DNA of 60,256 bases, the filler included, from Sphacelaria rigidula (taxonomy: Eukaryota), in NCBI GenBank assembly GCA_964200075.2. It is 8 parts of 8 records of this genome, joined end to end, with 100 filler letters (N's around TTAATTAATTAA, not from the genome) between each part and the next. Parts side by side here need not be neighbours in the genome. Positions count along the whole stretch, not along the records: positions 45,269 to 52,712 come from CAXNAA020014893.1; positions 52,813 to 60,256 come from CAXNAA020014894.1; 6 more parts are not named here. One strand, given 5' to 3'. The notes under the pieces were generated by a model. That model saw only the letters and a list, made by a program, of their open reading frames with translations. It searched no databases and was not told where the DNA came from. The translations under genes were made by a program, and so were the position numbers. Position 1 is the first letter of the stretch. Each line of letters opens with the position of its first letter. Shown here piece after piece: positions 48,177 through 60,256 of this stretch.

Positions 48177-48760
48177 AAATGGTGGGAGCAAAGAAACAAA
48201 TGGTGGATACCGTCTGAAGCAGAGTTCAAAACTCGCGGAAAATCTCTTACGGCGATCGCTGATTGGATGACCCAACACACGTAAAATATCCTTTAATTAA
48301 AATGCAAGATTCCAACCGCAAGCCGGCGTAAAAGGTTACTCCTACAAAATATCCAAGAGGTGCGTGAAGGAGCGGGGGGGGGGGGAGGGGGGAGTGATGC
48401 GGGAACTACCACATAAAAGGGAAAAATTCCCACAAGTGTCTGTCAAGGAATCACCCTTTCAATTCTGCTTGGTTTTCAGTTTGATTTTCAATTTTGCCTT
48501 CACTCCTTTTCTCGGCTTTGTTTCAAAGAGTATCCCCGTTTTCTTACCACATACTAGTACGATAACTGCTACGGATAGATTAAATTTATATGCGAAAACT
48601 CGAAATTTGGACAACATGTAACACCTGCAAATCTAACCCGCAGAGTACTGATTGTGGACGAAGCGAATGCAAGCTACATCCATTCGCTGATGATCTTGTG
48701 GCCACTTACTCCTACTGCTCTGATATCCATGCGCCCCCAACATCCACGACACCGCAAAAG

Positions 48761-48841
48761 GCCCTGCCCGATGGCGCTCCGCCAACGGACCGGGCGGAAC
48801 TGGAGGCCGACATTGTCACGTCGGAGGCTCGATTGAGCCAG
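48761..48841 (+). CDS. HYDIN: HYDIN, internal exon (variable insert region)
   Basis: AAG acceptor, CAG|GTGAAT donor, 81 nt, phase 0/0; ALPDGAPPTDRAELEADIVTSEARLSQ reads in frame into 50581. Confidence 0.6.
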
Positions 48842-49378
48842 GTGAATACTAGTTGTGGACCATTCAACTGAGACTTAGTGTCAGTTTACGAAATGCCGAA
48901 CACGTGAGAGAACCTTACCATTACGAACTGAAACTTGGTTAAACGGGGGTTTATATGAAAGCTCAGAGTGGTTTAGATAGGAGAACACCGGTATTTGGAT
49001 AATGATATGGGAAAGTAAATTGATTCAGCTGGGGCGTAGTCTGCAACCTCCGTGGGCTCGTGGGAGTGCATGGTCCTTCATAAGATATCTCGATATATTC
49101 CGCAGAACTTCTGGGCGATTCCTTTGTTTGGTATGGAATATTTTTTTTTCCGTCACACTTGAAACCCCTCCCCTTCTTCGGGACGTGTCCGTCGCCTCAA
49201 CCCATGTCTCCCCCGGTACACACCTTGCGTTTTGTTGGCGCGGATTGGATAAGTACTTTCGCCATCGTATCGCCTCTCGTCAAACTAACTGCGCCAAATA
49301 AATAATTATTGCTGTCCATGTCTTCACGCGTTCAACAGCGAGGATCAGATACTTCGAGGGGAAGACCCAAACGGGTCT

Positions 49379-49810
49379 AAACAGGGGATTTTACAAAATC
49401 GGGATGGATTCTCCATTGAGGATGAGAACACGGAGAATTAAAATTTTCGAATCCTCACCAAACCTTCGAAATATTGTTCCACTTCTTCATTTTCTTGTAG
49501 CAATTGACAACTACTATACGCCACAAAAATATGGGTTTCGATAACCGAAATGTTGGGGTCCTAGGTAAAAAAACATTTTTTGGGGTCCGATCGGATCACC
49601 TAAATTCCCCGAAACATTTCTTCACCTAGGACCCCAACGTGTCGGTTATCAGGATCCAGATTTGTATGGAGTGTAGTAGTTGCCAATAGCTACTAGTAGG
49701 TGAAGAAATGGAACTATATTGCGAAGATTTGGTGTGGATACGAAGATTTTAATTCTCCGGGTTCTCATCCTCAATAGAAACTTCATCCCCAACGTGTAAA
49801 TCCCCTGTTT
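49379..49810. mobile_element. Complete foldback element in a HYDIN intron
   Basis: AAACAGGGGATTT ... AAATCCCCTGTTT, with arms complementary over ~200 bp. Confidence 0.8.
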
Positions 49811-49812
49811 CT

Positions 49813-49884
49813 AGCGGGAATCAAACCCACCGACTTTCCACCACAATGGTGCCGGCTATACCAATACACGCACCACCGGGGCTC
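49813..49884 (-). pseudogene. tRNA-like sequence or SINE head abutting the foldback element
   Basis: Minus strand GAGCCCCGGTGGTGCGTGTATTGGTATAGC...GGGTTTGATTCCCGCT has A/B-box-like spacing. Confidence 0.35.
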
Positions 49885-50580
49885 AGCGGCATTGAATATG
49901 TGGTAGTTGTTCATCATTTTTGTAGCGTGAGAACCTCACCCCTATGATTGTAGTGACCCTACATACGGTTTATTGGTTTGGCCTCTCACTGTTACTTTGT
50001 GTAGGGTCACCTACGATACTCGTTTCGAAAACTGTGTGTACAGGATATAATATGCCGTACATCTTTCATGAACGAGAATGGCTACGCGGAGAATGCTGCG
50101 GGGTGGCAGTGTAGATTACATATGTAAGTTACAACATCAGATGGCCGAGTAGAATTTGACAGTTTTACCTGTATCCGTCGTGTGCTCGAACTTTGCTTTG
50201 TACTTTTGCGTAAAATTGTACCGCGAATCAACCCGTAAAGAAATAAGATCTCTACTATAGGGTACTGTGATGGCTCAGTCGCAGGATATCACCAGTTGAT
50301 ATTGCACGTCTCTTTTGTTTTGCCTGTCTCGGGCGTATATAGGTTGTCAACCATCAGTCCGTGCTTGCATTATGCTGCCAGCTCAGGTGGAGAACTTTAA
50401 CCGCCAAACAAAAATATTCGGTTAATCGTTGGGAAGCAAAACTACACTTGATCGGTCCATCTGCAAGTATGGAAAACGTGAGACACTGTCCGGTCATTCC
50501 ATACCATCGTTCACCCTCAAGTCCTAATAAACATTCCGGGTACGCTATCTAACTGCTTCCCGCGTCTGTAAACCAAACAG

Positions 50581-50670
50581 CTGGAGGATAGAGGTGCTAC
50601 GATAGACTTCGATCGCCTCTTACTCGGACGGGTGGAATCGAGGGACTTCATCCTCCGAAACGCCTGCCAG
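50581..50670 (+). CDS. HYDIN: HYDIN (axonemal central-pair protein), internal exon
   Basis: CAG acceptor, CAG|GTGAAC donor, 90 nt; LEDRGATIDFDRLLLGRVESRDFILRNACQ matches the HYDIN FDRLLL.R.ESR...LRN motif. Confidence 0.85.
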
Positions 50671-51709
50671 GTGAACCCCTTTTTTCGCGTCTAGTGTTAA
50701 ACCCTCCACCACACACGGGTAACGCATTCTTGACCCCCGCGGTGCTGTAACGACGTTCGCTCTTCAGAAACTCGAGGCCACCTTCTCGCCCGGGAGTTCC
50801 ATAGTCCAGAACCGAAGGTTATTGGGCACTGCTCTTGGGGTAACTTCACCGAGCCAGCATTTCGCACGTACACGAAACAGTCAATATTGTAAAGCCACGC
50901 ACTTTTCGTTTGCTGTTTTTCTGTCGTACTTCTCCTTCTCTCGCCTTGGCTCCCTTCCTCGGGACGAGTCCGGAGCTGAAGGGGTCGACATTTCTTTGCT
51001 TCCGCTACTGCCTTGCACTTCTCTGTTATGGGGTGGAATAGCCTCTCCCATACCCCGCCAACGTCCATCGAGGTGTATTGTACTTGAAAACTGTCGTTCG
51101 AACGTATGAGAACGACAGAAACCAGAAAATCAAGCTGCTGCGGACATCCGAACGCATAAACTACGGCCGAATCAATGGCGGTGTAAACATTTGACCTCCG
51201 TGACCCAGCTACCAGCCACCGTGGTTGGCATGCTCGAACTCAAACAAACTACCGAAGCAGTTGAAGGTCAGCCAATAATCACACTCTCCGAACTCGCCCA
51301 CGCCCAGAGTTTGTTGGAGTTCAAACACCGGACGCGAACCCACTGCTACAGACCTGTGTATATTCTACAACCACAGAGGGCCCACATGACAAAACAAACA
51401 AGGAAACTCGGGGTGGGTCCTTGGTAGTAGGGCTATCCTGCTTGTGTCTAGAAGCGAGACACGAATAACAACAGTTGTTGGCGTGGCATGATATACACCG
51501 TAGGTGCGTTATAACTACAAAAGTCAATTGTTCTATGCAACATTCTGTTATCCGTTAGATGAGTTGCCCGCCCTTTCGAGCTGCGCACGACGACGAAGGT
51601 GATACACACCATCATCACATAGCGGCTGACACGAGATGTTGCATCAAGTTACGAGTAATATGGTCGCCGCGCCGTGGTCATAACTCTAAGCATGGCTGTG
51701 GTTTCGCAG

Positions 51710-51825
51710 GTGCCGTGCCGTTGGAGAGTGGACGCTTCACACGACGTGCTGACAAAACACCCAGAGGAGTTCCGGGTCATCCCCAGCGACACCGAAGGGG
51801 TGCTGGAAGTTGGGGGCTCTGCGAG
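51710..51825 (+). CDS. HYDIN: HYDIN, internal exon (ASH-domain continuation)
   Basis: GCAG acceptor, GTACGC donor; VPCRWRVDASHDVLTKHPEEFRVIPSDTEGVLEVGGSA continues in frame with the P..WR...F.V....G pattern. Confidence 0.8.
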
Positions 51826-52712
51826 GTACGCCGGAAGCCGCACGCATTAGTCTACATGAGGTATCCCGATATTTACCCTATTGCAACATGAAATATTGTC
51901 TATATATAGTATATACCGTAGGGTCATCGTATGCCGCTACTACAGGAGCGCTATATATATATATATATATACGTAAGCCATTGTTCTCACTACGGTACCG
52001 AACCCTTTACCCAATCATACGTGGAACACACTGCTGTAGCGGGTTGCATGGTATAACCCCCCATCTCCCCGGAAAGGTCTTATGACTATGGCATGCATGA
52101 TCATGAGTACACCTCTCCCCTGAAAGTGCCCCCCCCTCCCAAGGGGTTCGGCGTCGGTTCAGAGCGATGCTGTAAAACACGCCACTCACCGCATAAGCTA
52201 GGTAACCGGGCTACTGTTTTTTTTTGCTCGCTTGCGGTGTTTTACGGTCACCACGATAGTGGTCAATTTAGATCATATTGTGCCGGACGAAAAACCTCGA
52301 CTCCGGCCAAAGGGGATGATCGAGCCACGCAGGGTTCAAATGGTGAGACACTCATGAGGCAGTGTAGAACCCGTGGCTGTTTCTGGAAGTGGCGATCCCA
52401 CAAAATGAATCAGCTCATTCGAGGCTGTCATCCATATGCAAGATGTTTAGTACGCTTCGATCCGACCAATCTTAGCAGGATGCAGCTCACCCTTCATGCG
52501 ACTCGCCGAACACATCATGGCGCTTCGCGCTTGGTGATTGATTGCGAGCCTAGTCAGGCAAAAACTAGGCGTGCTCCGTCCCGGCTTTGTAGTAACGCGA
52601 AGTCAAGAGTCTCATGATTACGGCGTGCAAGATCATGAGTGATGAGCTATGGAAGAAACGTAATGAGCGCCGGAATGTTGGAGGTGTCTCTGTTAGGAGT
52701 AGGAATGGTGCT

Positions 52713-52812
52713 NNNNNNNNNNNNNNNNNNNNNNNNNNNNNNNNNNNNNNNNNNNNTTAATTAATTAANNNNNNNNNNNNNNNNNNNNNNNNNNNNNNNN
52801 NNNNNNNNNNNN
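52713..52812. other. Artificial contig spacer
   Basis: 44 N + TTAATTAATTAA + 44 N. Confidence 0.99.
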
Positions 52813-52939
52813 GGACCCCCCCCTACACGGCCGGGCCGGGGCGCGCCGGGTCCTCCCGGGACCGGGTGGGGGGGGGGGGGTGTACTCATGATCATGCATG
52901 CCACAGTCGTAACACCGTTGACCTCGCATCCCTCTCAAG

Positions 52940-53150
52940 CCGGGGGGGGGGAGATGTGTGGCCATTTCTTCCACGAAAGCAGCAACGGTCGTTCGAACGC
53001 GGTTGTTACTTATGAATGACGCTGATTCATATTGCTTGACACCGTTTTCACCCAAATACAAGTGCACCGCGAGTGTGTTGGATCTTCTGAGATACCCATG
53101 ACCCTTTTTTCGTAGAATCAAACACACACGGCCCTATCATAGGATTACTC
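52940..53150. mobile_element. MITE family B partial copy
   Basis: Body (AGCAACGGT.GTTCGAACGCG, AAATACAAG.GCACCGCGA) and right TIR CCCTATCATAGGATTACTC. Confidence 0.7.
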
Positions 53151-53539
53151 CTTCAACACAGGGAGTGTTGATTTGACGTCGCTCGTGTAGTGGAGTCCTT
53201 GACATGGGCTGCAGATGAGTACGATAGGCATAACAAAGGCAATTTTCATGTATCAGTGCGGTATGCCCGGTGTCCATAGTAAAGGGCTTCGGATATCTGA
53301 TTGACTCACAGCAATAAGTCTTTCATGGCTTTTAAGGGGGCATAGGTTATGTACCCCTGGTGCAGTTCTGCCGTGCCCAGCAGCCTGTGGACGGTTGGGG
53401 CAGGAGGTTGACGGTCCGACGGCTCAACTGGCGCGGTTTTTTCGTGAGGAGTACAGCATCTGATTTCTGTTGTAGTCCACCTGCGAACAAATGTGAGACA
53501 TCGTGTCTGAGCACATTTTGTTTCGATCGATGAAGTGCG

Positions 53540-53622
53540 GTTGTCGTTGTTGTCGTTGTCGATGTTGTTGTTGTTGTTGTTGTTGTCGTTGTTGTCGTTG
53601 TTGTCGTTGTTGTCGTCGTCGT
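53540..53622 (+). repeat. (GTT/GTC)n microsatellite
   Basis: Directly visible. Confidence 0.95.
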
Positions 53623-54363
53623 CTTCACATTAACAGCCATTTAGATATCTGCGCTGTGCTCTGTGCTGGGCTTCTGATGCGGACGCCTTCCGTGGTCACA
53701 GACTAACTACCCAAAATAAGGTACAACTAAAATAAAAGAAAAAGAAACCGACAAGAGGTGGAAAAGAGAAATCCTGATGTGATACGTCGCCATTTCAACG
53801 TAAATGACGTGGGCATGAATGACGACCTGTCCTGACCTATCAAATGGAAAAAATATATATTCCGCCGCACCTGTTCGATTTGAAAAAGAATATGCCAAGA
53901 CACGGCCTGAGTAAGAGGATCAAATGCTGAGTTAACGCGGGTCGATGCCGCGCGGGAGTAGAGTGAAATGCGGATCTAATCTGCCGTGTACCAAAATGCG
54001 CCAGGCAAGTGCTGTCCCGGAGGGGAAGACGCAAATGATTACCTGAGACCTTGAGGCCACGGTCTCGTCTAGAGGAAGGGGACGGGTTAAGGGTCCCACC
54101 GATAAGACAAAATGCCGTCGATACCAGCAGGGTAAAAAATTACGGCCGAGACCTTGTTCGTGGTGTTGTGATCACAGCCTGGATGATGACACCAGATCAC
54201 GTTTTCAGGAAGTCTACTACGTACAGTATGGAATATATTGTCTCTTGCAATAGACGCGATATTCGATACTATACGAAGTACAGTTTTTGACAGCGTAATT
54301 TATTGCCATCATCCAGCGGGTCGTCATGATGCAGAGGAGCAAGGTGGTGAAAACAACATGCCG

Positions 54364-54381
54364 GTGTGCGTGCGTGCGTGC

Positions 54382-54447
<66 letters not shown>
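54364..54447 (+). repeat. (GCGT)n(GT)n microsatellite
   Basis: Directly visible. Confidence 0.97.
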
Positions 54448-54449
<2 letters not shown>

Positions 54450-54799
54450 ACACACTCTTTGCCCCCCCCCCTCCTCGGGACCAGTCAGTAGTCTCAAGAG
54501 GGGTTGACGAATGCATTCCTCCCACGCAACAACCCACGCCTTAAGCTGTCGTATATACCGCGGATTGGACCAGCACTCACTCCCCGACCGCGTCAACTCC
54601 CGTGAAATGAACTCTTACGCTGCCCACGTCTTTACAATTTCAACGGCATGAAGTGGTCCACTTTCGTGGCGTTGCGCAGGGAAGATCTTAACCTGGATTC
54701 AATGCTGCCTTTTCAACTCCGTCCGTCCCGTTCACTCTCATCTTGTCTGTTCTGCGAACTACCCCTCTGATGCTGTCGTGCTCGGGGTGGGGGGGGCAG

Positions 54800-54858
54800 G
54801 CCGGGTATGCTGGACCTTGCGGGAAAGGCTAAGTGGGACGCATGGAAGGCTCTGGAAG
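54800..54858 (+). CDS. ACBP: Acyl-CoA-binding protein, penultimate exon
   Basis: CAG acceptor, GTATGG donor; (R)[19 protein letters not shown](G) is the ACBP signature. Confidence 0.92.
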
Positions 54859-55051
54859 GTATGGCGTGTTGCCGTGGGTTGCGGTGAAGATCCACCCGTT
54901 TGCGTTATTCCCTCCGTGTAAAGGACCCATGCATGGCAATCCCGGATGATACAGTGAGAATTCTAGCTATGTTAAGCACCATACTGGTACCTATAGGACC
55001 GCGGAGGCCCCCGTACAGTGCGGTGGGTCGCGAGCCCGGCTTGACCACACT

Positions 55052-55115
55052 TATCGGGATCATGCACTATATCGGGACCATGTACTCTATCGGGACCATG
55101 CACTCTATCGGGACC
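55052..55115 (+). repeat. 18-bp minisatellite, ~3.5 copies, in the ACBP intron
   Basis: TATCGGGACCATGCACTC units. Confidence 0.9.
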
Positions 55116-55952
55116 CCGCTCTCTACTGGTGTATTGGAACTACAACCGCACTTGATATTTGTACGAGCTAGATCAGCTTGAAGGATTTTTTGGCGTTCGA
55201 CCAGCTTTGCATGGCCCGTTTTCAAGAGTTGAAATCTGGAATTTTTTACACGAGCTTCATGTCACCAAAATACGCGAAAACGTATTGCAGGAGCCGAGGA
55301 ACAAAAAAAAAAAAGAAGAGCAAATCAGAACCCTTCGAAGATTGCAAAGAAAATACAATGCCATAAATCAACGAATACGATGTGTCCATGTCTTTCGACC
55401 ACTGCAATACGTTTTTGTGTATTGATGTGTAGAAGATGCGTGTAAAAGTTTCATACCCTGGACAATATATGCTCAATAGTTGCACTAGATGAAAAAAAAT
55501 GCACTGCGTAGAGTATAGGCCCATAACGCCGGGACGGAGCACGCCTGGTTTTCGCCGGACCAGGATCGGAGGGGGGGGGGCGGGGGGGAAGACGGGTGTA
55601 GCTTCGCCTGTCATGTAGCATGCATAACGCAGACGGCCAAGCTGTGTCACCTATAGTTTATTGTTTATGGCGTTTTAGATAGTGGCGGGTTATCTTTGCT
55701 TGAGTTCATTGATCCATCTTCTCAACGTTTTTGCGAAACCGTTTTGTATAGTTGAATAAATTACATTGCCAAAATCGTTTCGCGCCCGCGCCGGATTGAA
55801 TCAGAGTACCTACCAACTACAGTATTTAACGCCCGCCGCATGTGTGATTTTGCCAAGCTTTTTTCTCTATTTTTTTATTTTAGTTCGAACTCTTGTCTCT
55901 GTTGTTTGTTTTTCTTGGTCTTTTTGTTTTTTTGTTTTTTTTGCGACACCAG

Positions 55953-56023
55953 GAACTGCGAAAGACGATGCCATGACCAAGTACGCAGACGAAGTGGACC
56001 GCCAGCTTGCTGCCCTTGGCTGA
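55953..56023 (+). CDS. ACBP: Acyl-CoA-binding protein, last exon
   Basis: T-rich tract + CAG acceptor, phase matches; (G)TAKDDAMTKYADEVDRQLAALG-stop is the ACBP helix 4. Upstream exons were not found in this contig. Confidence 0.88.
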
Positions 56024-57102
56024 CTACTGTATATTTTCAAAAGGTGTACCGGTTGTCGTGGTTTTTCTCACCCGACTTTTTTGCTGTACAAAACAAGATC
56101 TTTTGGGGGGGGCGAGGGAAGAAGAGGGTGGCGGGGCGAAGAATTCGCCTGATGTCCATTCCGCTCTACCCCTTTCATGATGAAAGTCGGGACTTGACTT
56201 TGGGGATGGAACTGAAGTCGGGTGTTATTGTGCCTTCTTTACAAGAGGCAGAACCGCTTCTTGGAGGGTAGAACCCATCGGGTCCTTTCGGCCTTCTGAC
56301 TAGAACTAGAACTGGTTTTTGACGAACCAAATCCAGGGTTTATCTGCCCTCATTACGAGAACCAGTTCTTGAGAGGTAGAGCCAAAACCCGCTCTGACGA
56401 CAGCGGTGCGGTTCCTGATGAAGATCCAGAACCGGTTCTGTGCAGACTCGGAACCTCTTCGTCGGTACGGGTTTGTCAGGTTCCGAAGTTTTTTTTTCGA
56501 ACGGTCCCGCGCAGGGGTTCGAGATTTGTGGGGTGTCTTGTCTGTTCCTTAGGTTTTGAGAGGCCGTGCTGTGTTGTTGTGTGTACTGACCGTACACTGT
56601 TCATACGTCTATCCACGGCTTGGGTTTATCGTACTGTTGTGCAATCACTGAGGTGTGGAGGGATAGGTGTTGTCAGGTTTTTTGCGGTCGGTGGGTCGCG
56701 CCGAGCCGAGCCGGTGACGGTGACGGTCCTTGGTTGTGGTCGGGCGTGCTTTTGTACAGGCTACGGGCAGAGTCTTCGAGGGAAGTTACAGAAACGAGCA
56801 ACATAAAGAGGGGGAGGAAGAGGAGGAGGAAAAAGAGATGGAGGAGGAGGAGAGAAATCTATGTCGACTCGGGGCGTGTTTTTTTGTGTAGCGAGTGCGT
56901 CGCCGGGCTCGTGGTTCTTCCCTTTAGCAATGTTTTCGTGAGCTTGAGAGTAGAGGATAAGATCGAGAGTGAAAGGCGGTCAAGTAGTGAATAAACAGTC
57001 TCATTTCCGAAATGCCACTCCACAAGTCGGGATATACGCTTTCAACCGTTGCATGTCTTTGAAGTTCCTATTATACCCCTGAGCAGGATATCGACGTGTA
57101 GC

Positions 57103-57290
57103 TGCTGCGAACTATAGCCTCTGCCAGACAATCTGGACAAGAGGACTGTCCACCAGGGACTCCTCCAGTAGCACTGGCCTCATGCTCGACAGGTACTTTC
57201 TTCTAGGTTGTTATTGTCCCAGAGTGATCCTCAACAGATCACATCACGAGCCAGATAGCAAGGGGCCACACAGATGAGGGCCATGCAGCA
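57103..57290 (-). repeat. 3' LTR of the Gypsy element
   Basis: TGCTGC...GCAGCA termini, preceded on the minus strand by a CTTTGGGGG PPT-like tract; interrupts the 56945-57102 repeat. Confidence 0.7.
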
Positions 57291-60256
57291 CCCCCAAAGC
57301 GAGTTCAAGACAAACGAACGAGCTTGACAACCAACAAAAAACCAAGGCGAAATCGCATGCGCCAGATCACAAAGAAATACCATACTCCGACGCTAATGTA
57401 CTGGTCAGCGCCCGAGTCAACCGCATTTTATGCAGTTCCTTCAAAACAAATTCAGGCGAAGAAGAATGAATCTTACGAAGAGACTCCTACGTACGTTCTT
57501 CAGCACCGAACCCTTCCAAATCGACCAAAACAATGACATCACCATTGTCATCCTCAGCCACGTGCACCAAAGCATTCATCCGACATTCACCTTGAGCATA
57601 CTAATAATGTTGAAACACATCTGTTAGTTCCGCAGTGATGTGCAACCGCGAGTCAGAATAGAAACGCAAACGAGCGACATGGGCCGAGTGGACGGCTCCA
57701 GGAACAATGTTCTGCACCAAATACACGTGAGCGTGATCGACTCCGACCACTCGCCACGGACCTGTTGACGTGGACATCAACGTTGGCGTCACACCTTGCC
57801 TCCGAACACGGGCATACAATACGAAGTTGCCAACTACAAACTTGGGCAACAAAGCCTGGCGCTGATCAAGCTCGCGTTTGGTTTCGCGAGACACTGCGAC
57901 AGCAGCTTGCACTTCGTTACAAACCACACTTGCTCGTCAACCACGTCTCGAACCTTGTCACGCAACGAATCAGCTTCCATGATATCGACGTTCCACTCGC
58001 CGCCAGTGACAGAAGCCAGCGTGGAAAACGCTGTACTCGGCGCACGCCCAAACATCACACAATACGGAGTGTTACGTTGGCGTTCACGAAAAGAAGTATG
58101 TATTCAACGCCCACTGAGCAGCTGGCAAAACATCAGCCCATTCAGACACCGGCCGTCGCTGTTCCGACAAAATAGAACGCAACGCACGAATAACCTCTTT
58201 CACCATGCGTTCACAAGCACTAATCAACCAAGGAGTATACACAACAGCAACTTGGTGTTGCACCCTGAGCGCATCGCTCAGCTGCACGATCACTCGATTC
58301 TTGAAGTGCGTTGCGGTATCACTAATCCAAACACGCGGCACCCTCAAAGTCTTGCACCAATGGAGCAAGTGCTTAGCCATAACCTCGGCCGTGCAAGCCT
58401 CGGTCGGCTCCAAGCAAACGAAATTTCACAAATCATCCATGATGACCAAACGTACCGGAAACAATCCTCCTCAGATGGACCATTAGCACCTTCAGGTCCG
58501 CTACTTCCGACGGACAGTAAATCAAAGTGAACAACTTCACCTGGCGCAGTACCCTTCACAGTATCGCCATATGGACGAGGTGTAACCTCACCAGCACGAG
58601 TGTCTACACAAAGCAAACTCTGGCAAACGAAGTCGCGAACGTGGAAATCCATGTGAGGCCACACACAGTATTCTTTCGAACGAAAAATAGTCGGCGCAAC
58701 ACCACGGTGACCAGCCGACCGCATTTGAGCGCACACCATCAAGCGAGTTTGTAGAGCCTTATCATCCGACAGAATCCACAAAACATCACTATTGCCAACA
58801 CGCACGCGAAACGAACCATCTTCAGCCAGAGTAGCTTGACCGAAAGTCGTAGGAAAAGAATGAACACCGTCGCCGACTGTTTTGCGCTGCACGGTACGAA
58901 TGACGTCTAACGAGGGCAGCAAATCATCGGCATCACATGGCCTGTACACGGCAACAGAACGAACAGGCACGGTAGCAACCTTCACCCAGCGAGACAACAA
59001 ATCTTCCCAAAAATTGCGCTGTCCAGGAATGTGTTCACTGACATACCGATATTGTTGTTGGGCTCCCAGCAACTCCCGCATGTCTTCTAGGCTTGGCATC
59101 ACCCCCGGAGACTGTTCCACTTGCGCGCCCACCGCCTAATGGTCGGTGATCAAATGGCCTGTGTCCCTCGTCCGCACCGCCATCGCCGGACTCGCCCACA
59201 CAGCCTGAATATTCCCAACCAACAAACCAAATGCCACCAAAACTGCAATGTATGATGCAAGCCACACGGTCTTCATCGGATCGCAGCGTCGAGGCTTGGC
59301 CTTCCCAGCCTCCTTCATTGGCTCCACGCGCGTTGCCGGGTCACCACGCAGCACAGGACGAAATATATCTACGCGACGAGCCAAATTATCGCGCAGACAA
59401 TGTGCGCCATCGGCGCTCAGGACCTTCTGCTCGGCCTGCTGCTCGCTATCCTCAAGCGCACGTTCTTTCGCACTTCTCTCCTCCACAGGGTCCAGGAACA
59501 ATTCAGGCCCCCGATCGACCAAACGCTCTACCGCTTCATCAGCAGGAGCCCCCTCCTCATTGGCGCTCTGGAATGGCCGTATGGATACGATCACGCGCCT
59601 TGCAGCAAGGTCACTGGGGTTTTCCACGCCGGTTTGCACCGGCACAGCACGCGGACGTAACTTATCCAACACCACCAGCGGGTATAGATCAATCCCGAGC
59701 TCCTTCATCTCCGCCATCCCAAATAGAACCACGTTGTCCCTACCGGGCATGGCAGCCAAAATATTGGGCTGCAACTCCACAGCCCCCCACGGCGTACGCA
59801 CGCTAACAGTAGTCACCGTTTTATGTGTAACCGTTACGGGAATACCCGTGGCGGTCTGTGCCATTTGCGGTCCGTTTTCGAACGGAATCTGCAGCTGAGC
59901 GCCACCAAACTGCGAAGACATCTGTTCTAGAGACCCCACACCGATCGACGTAAGCGTGGACCCAAAATCCAGAATAGTGCGGGCCATGAACGAACCTACG
60001 GAACCAGGCAAGGGTGAATCTGCGCGCAAGCATTCAGCCTTGCGATCGACAGGTACCACGCCTGCCGAAGAACCCTGGTCGGTCCCACGAGTCACCCGAC
60101 GCCAGAGCTGCCCTCCAGCAGTTGGCATCGATAACTGAGATTCGTCGGTCCAACCAGACCAAGTCGCCGAATATGCAGACGGCGCTGTTACAGCCGTCGC
60201 AGCAGTAGGGAATGCACCAGTCACGGATCCTGCCTGGCCGAGGGGTTGCGAACTAT
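57103..60256 (-). mobile_element. Ty3/Gypsy LTR retrotransposon related to 30406-34363; RT/RNase H mostly deleted
   Basis: Protease-like RTILDFGSTLTSI; RT start WASPAMAV, then a jump to HIPGQRNFWEDLLSRW (RNase H end); integrase AGHRGV, VVHFDLL, DTATHFKN, TGPWRVV, HVARLRFY. Confidence 0.9.

Noticed and set aside
3378-56023. Functional cluster of RPC1, PIN-CCCH, HYDIN and ACBP
   Set aside because: Each lies on a separate, artificially joined contig.

Overview
This is eukaryotic nuclear DNA, most likely a brown alga (inferred from short GT-AG exons in long TE-rich introns, HYDIN and TTAGGG motifs). It is not one contiguous locus: eight contigs of 7444-7445 bp are joined by an artificial 100-nt spacer (44 N + TTAATTAATTAA + 44 N), so features on different contigs are unlinked. 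Recognisable genes are all partial or manually spliced: four exons of the RNA polymerase III largest subunit (RPC1/POLR3A, minus strand), three HYDIN exons (plus), the last two exons of an acyl-CoA-binding protein (plus), and a ~1.7-kb exon encoding an Asteroid/ASTE1-like (FEN1/XPG-type PIN) protein fused to two CCCH zinc fingers (minus). The rest is mainly TE debris: two LINE RT remnants, two Ty3/Gypsy elements that both lack RT/RNase H, a chromodomain-type Gypsy remnant, several MITE/foldback families (some with clear TSDs), tRNA-like SINE heads and microsatellites. The best leads are the PIN-CCCH protein, two MITE families that share a CTACGATAG terminal core and 4-bp TSDs, and decayed copies of the Pol III bridge-helix exon in its own downstream intron. 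All homology calls rest on motif recognition by eye; no database searches were run.
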